64,000 nt of DNA from Eledone cirrhosa (Eukaryota), in assembly GCA_964016885.1 (NCBI GenBank), contig OZ024740.1, positions 297,290,001 through 297,354,000 of the forward strand. Direction: 5' to 3'. This document shows, piece after piece, positions 60,038-64,000 of this stretch; position 1 is the first letter of the stretch, and the number at the start of each line of letters is the position of its first letter. Under the pieces are notes generated by a model. It was not told where the DNA came from. It saw nothing but the letters and a program-made list of their open reading frames with translations, and ran no database searches. The translations under genes and the position numbers were made by a program.

Positions 60038-60307
60038 AGCTATGTGTGGTTACACACTTGTAAAAATTATCTCCTGTGATTATTCATGTTTATTTATATG
60101 TTAATCAATCTCTAGTTATTATAAAATGCTCGGACCTACTCGTTAGAATCTTAGAGCTTATTTTGCGGGTGATATGGCGCATGTCTTTCTGGCATGACAC
60201 CCATAATTTTGATTTAGATTAAATTCATTTGATTTATTTTAATTTTGGATATAGATATATATTTATATATATATATATTTATATATATATATTTATATAT
60301 ATATATT

Positions 60308-60346
<39 letters not shown>

Positions 60347-60667
60347 ATTTATATATAAGTATGTATACGTACATACATATATGTATACAGACGTACAGTA
60401 GTATGTATATATATATACATACATTGCACACATATATATATGTACGTATGGATTCACCGAACATTTATTATAATGCTCGGGACAAAGCGTTTTCGGTGTC
60501 GGGAAATACGGTATATATCAGATTGAAGGCAGTAAAAACCAGTTACTCGATACTTGGGATAGTAAAGTGGGCAATATGGAAAAATTCAGGACCCTGACGG
60601 CTGAGCTCTGGCCGTTTCAACTAGCTGTTGAAACGGCCGGAGCTCAGCTATCGTGGTCCTGAATTTG

Positions 60668-60762
<95 letters not shown>

Positions 60763-61593
60763 AATGTATAATAACAGGTAGACATCATAAAAAGGTAATT
60801 TATTCCGTGTGCTTACAAGTGTTTCCACGGTGGTACTGCAGCCTAGTTCCGCTACGTGCAAATTCACAAGTACTTGCAGAACTCGAATATCCAATGCTGT
60901 GTCCACTGTTTCCTCAGAGCAGAATGGTAAATGTACAATGTAAATACCCTTAAGTGGGGTTGTTGGGGAAGATAGAGTAGAACAGGAAGAGAGAAAAGTA
61001 GGGAAGAGGGAGAGAGAAAGAAAGATATGCAGGGGTTGGAGAAGTAGGAGAGAGTGGCTTGTAGATATCTTAATCAAAATGTTATGGTAGGGGTTTTATT
61101 ATACTGGTTACTTTTGGAGAGATGCGTTGATAGTTAAGGTCGGAATTATTTATTGCCCCAGAGGGCAGGTTCATAGATGTTGAGAGGGAGGTAGGTCAAA
61201 GGTGAGAGAGAGAGAGAGTGTAATGGATGTAGAGAGAGATATAGGTAGAGAGGGGACAGATAAAGTATGTGTGGTGAGTGAACTTTTGGTTTTGTAGTAG
61301 TAATCTAGGAATTGCACTGAGTTACCATGTATAGTGATAAGCAGTGTATTGACTTGTAGTGTGGGGGGAAGAGAAGGTTGTTAGCTAGAAAGTGGTGTTA
61401 TAGTTACGGGTTCGAATGTTAACTTATTTTATAGTGAGAGAATTCATTCTTTATATACACTCCGGAATACTGAAGGATCAGGAACTAAGTTTCTTGAACA
61501 ATTCTTCCATAACTCGTAGAGTAACCTCTTACCGTACGTCAACCATATCCAGTGTAGTAATTAACCATTACTACATCTTGGATAATCCTATAC

Positions 61594-61642
<49 letters not shown>

Positions 61643-61889
61643 TATATTATAGTGGTAGAACACTGGAAGGTAATATCCGTAGTGGTAGAGCACTCAGTCC
61701 ATGGGACGAGTTAGGAAGAAGTGGTTACACAACAGTTAGTTCACCAAATTATATTTTATATATATCTGTGTGTATATAATCATAATTCATTAAGAACCCA
61801 ACGAAGGATGAAAAATAAAATCTTTTATAGATTTTTATTTTTTGAATTAGTTTTGCTTTTCATTTTTGAAGATTCTGTATTTCATAAAT

Positions 61890-62820
61890 AAACACACACA
61901 TACATACACACACCTATATACAAACACACACACACACGCATAACAATACATAACCACACACACACGTATATATACAAGAGCCTTCGCAAACATACGCACA
62001 CTCACACGCACTCATACAAAAATAAACCTATACATAGAACATTCACATTTAAACCTATACTTACAAGAACATACACACATGCACATACACACACATATAC
62101 ATACAAAAACATTAAAACGCACACAGACACCTATACACAAATACACATATACATACAAGAAAATTCACACACACATTCTCACACACACACACACATATCC
62201 ACAAACATGCATTTACACAAACACACATATATACAAGCAAGCCCATGACACAGACTCACACATGCACATTCACACACGCACACTCACACACACACAGAAA
62301 CACAGACACACACCAATACACACACATATACATACAAGAATATTCACACACGCACACTAACACACACACACACATATATATATATACATACAAGAACATT
62401 CACACACGCACACTCTCACACACACACACACACATATATATACATACAAGAACATTCACACACGCACACTCACACACACACACACACACACACATACATA
62501 CAAGAACATACTCACACACATACCTATAACACACACACAGACACACATACACACATACACCTATACACACACACATATACATACAAGAACATACACACTC
62601 ACACACATACCTATAACACACACACATTCACATACACTATCACCGACACAGTCAAACAGACACACATACACATTCACACAGTCACACAGACACACATACA
62701 CACATACACACACATGCACACACACCTAAATACCTATAACACACACACACACATTCACACACACACCTATACAGACACACACACACACACGCACACGCAC
62801 ACGCACACACTCACCTACAT
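61890..62820. repeat. Compound (CA)n-rich satellite with CATACAAGAACAT units
   Basis: Directly visible. Confidence 0.85.
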
Positions 62821-63145
62821 GAATATACAAGCAAACTTTATCTCTCAGTGTATTTCCTTCACATTGTTGATATTCTCTCACTGGACCTCTCTCTTAACGA
62901 GCACCTCTAACCACTACTCACTCGCTATTCATCAAACCACTACTTCATTCTCTTTCCTCTCACCATTGCCAATTTACCAATTTCTACGCACTCTACAACA
63001 CACATACGCACACACACACATACACAGATACACATTCACACATCTTTCACATAGCCCTCAATTACCATATATATATATATATATATTTATATTTATACAC
63101 ACACACACATATATACATATATATGTTTGTATGTATGTATATAAG

Positions 63146-63177
<32 letters not shown>

Positions 63178-63357
63178 TCCAATGTACATATATATTAGAA
63201 GGCAAACAGTGACAAGAAGTAGTCAAGTTTGTTTCACTCGTGTTGAGGATCCAGAGAAATGACAACGTTTAATAGGTGAGACATTCTCTATCACCCTCCC
63301 TCTCTCTCTCTCTTTTATCTCTCTCTCTTACTCTCCACCTCTCTCTCTTTCTCTCTT

Positions 63358-63389
<32 letters not shown>

Positions 63390-63590
63390 TACCAAATGGA
63401 AACTATATTTATAAAACAATATTTATTTCATTATACATATTTCAAGGACACCAAGCAAATTATTTGCTTATTTATATATAATTATATATATATATATATA
63501 TATTTATACATATTTATATATATGTATATCAGCTAGTAGACTCCCTGGTAACCATGTGCAGTTGCAGCAGAAGATACATCTGCAGATATG

Positions 63591-63648
<58 letters not shown>

Positions 63649-63653
63649 TGTGT

Positions 63654-63714
<61 letters not shown>

Positions 63715-63788
63715 AATATATATATATACATATATATATACATATATATATATATGTATGTATATATACATATATATATATATACATG

Positions 63789-63980
<192 letters not shown>

Positions 63981-64000
63981 TACATATATATATATATATA

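Overview
AT-rich eukaryotic (animal) repeat-dominated region with no recognisable intact host gene. The SINE, LINE and microsatellite landscape resembles a cephalopod (Octopus-like) genome, but this is an inference. Almost all ORFs in the supplied track are (TA)n, (CA)n or (GA)n artefacts. Recognisable elements are a decayed hAT transposase, a TA-flanked internally deleted mariner, Helitron-like termini, RTE-clade LINE fragments, an R4-clade RLE LINE, two tRNA-derived SINE families, and several Penelope-like elements (PLEs). The PLEs comprise one near-complete RT plus GIY-YIG element and several fragments. The main hidden structure is a dense population of short cassettes embedded in (TA)n tracts, many folded back as inverted repeats. 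Many of them carry type-I hammerhead ribozyme (HHR) motifs found by eye: nine with an unmodified CUGANGA/GAAA/UH core, plus several variant, decayed or half copies from many unrelated sequence families. This is best read as a TA-microsatellite landing pad for PLE pLTR-derived or retrozyme-like mini-elements. No folding program or database search was run, and boundaries are approximate.
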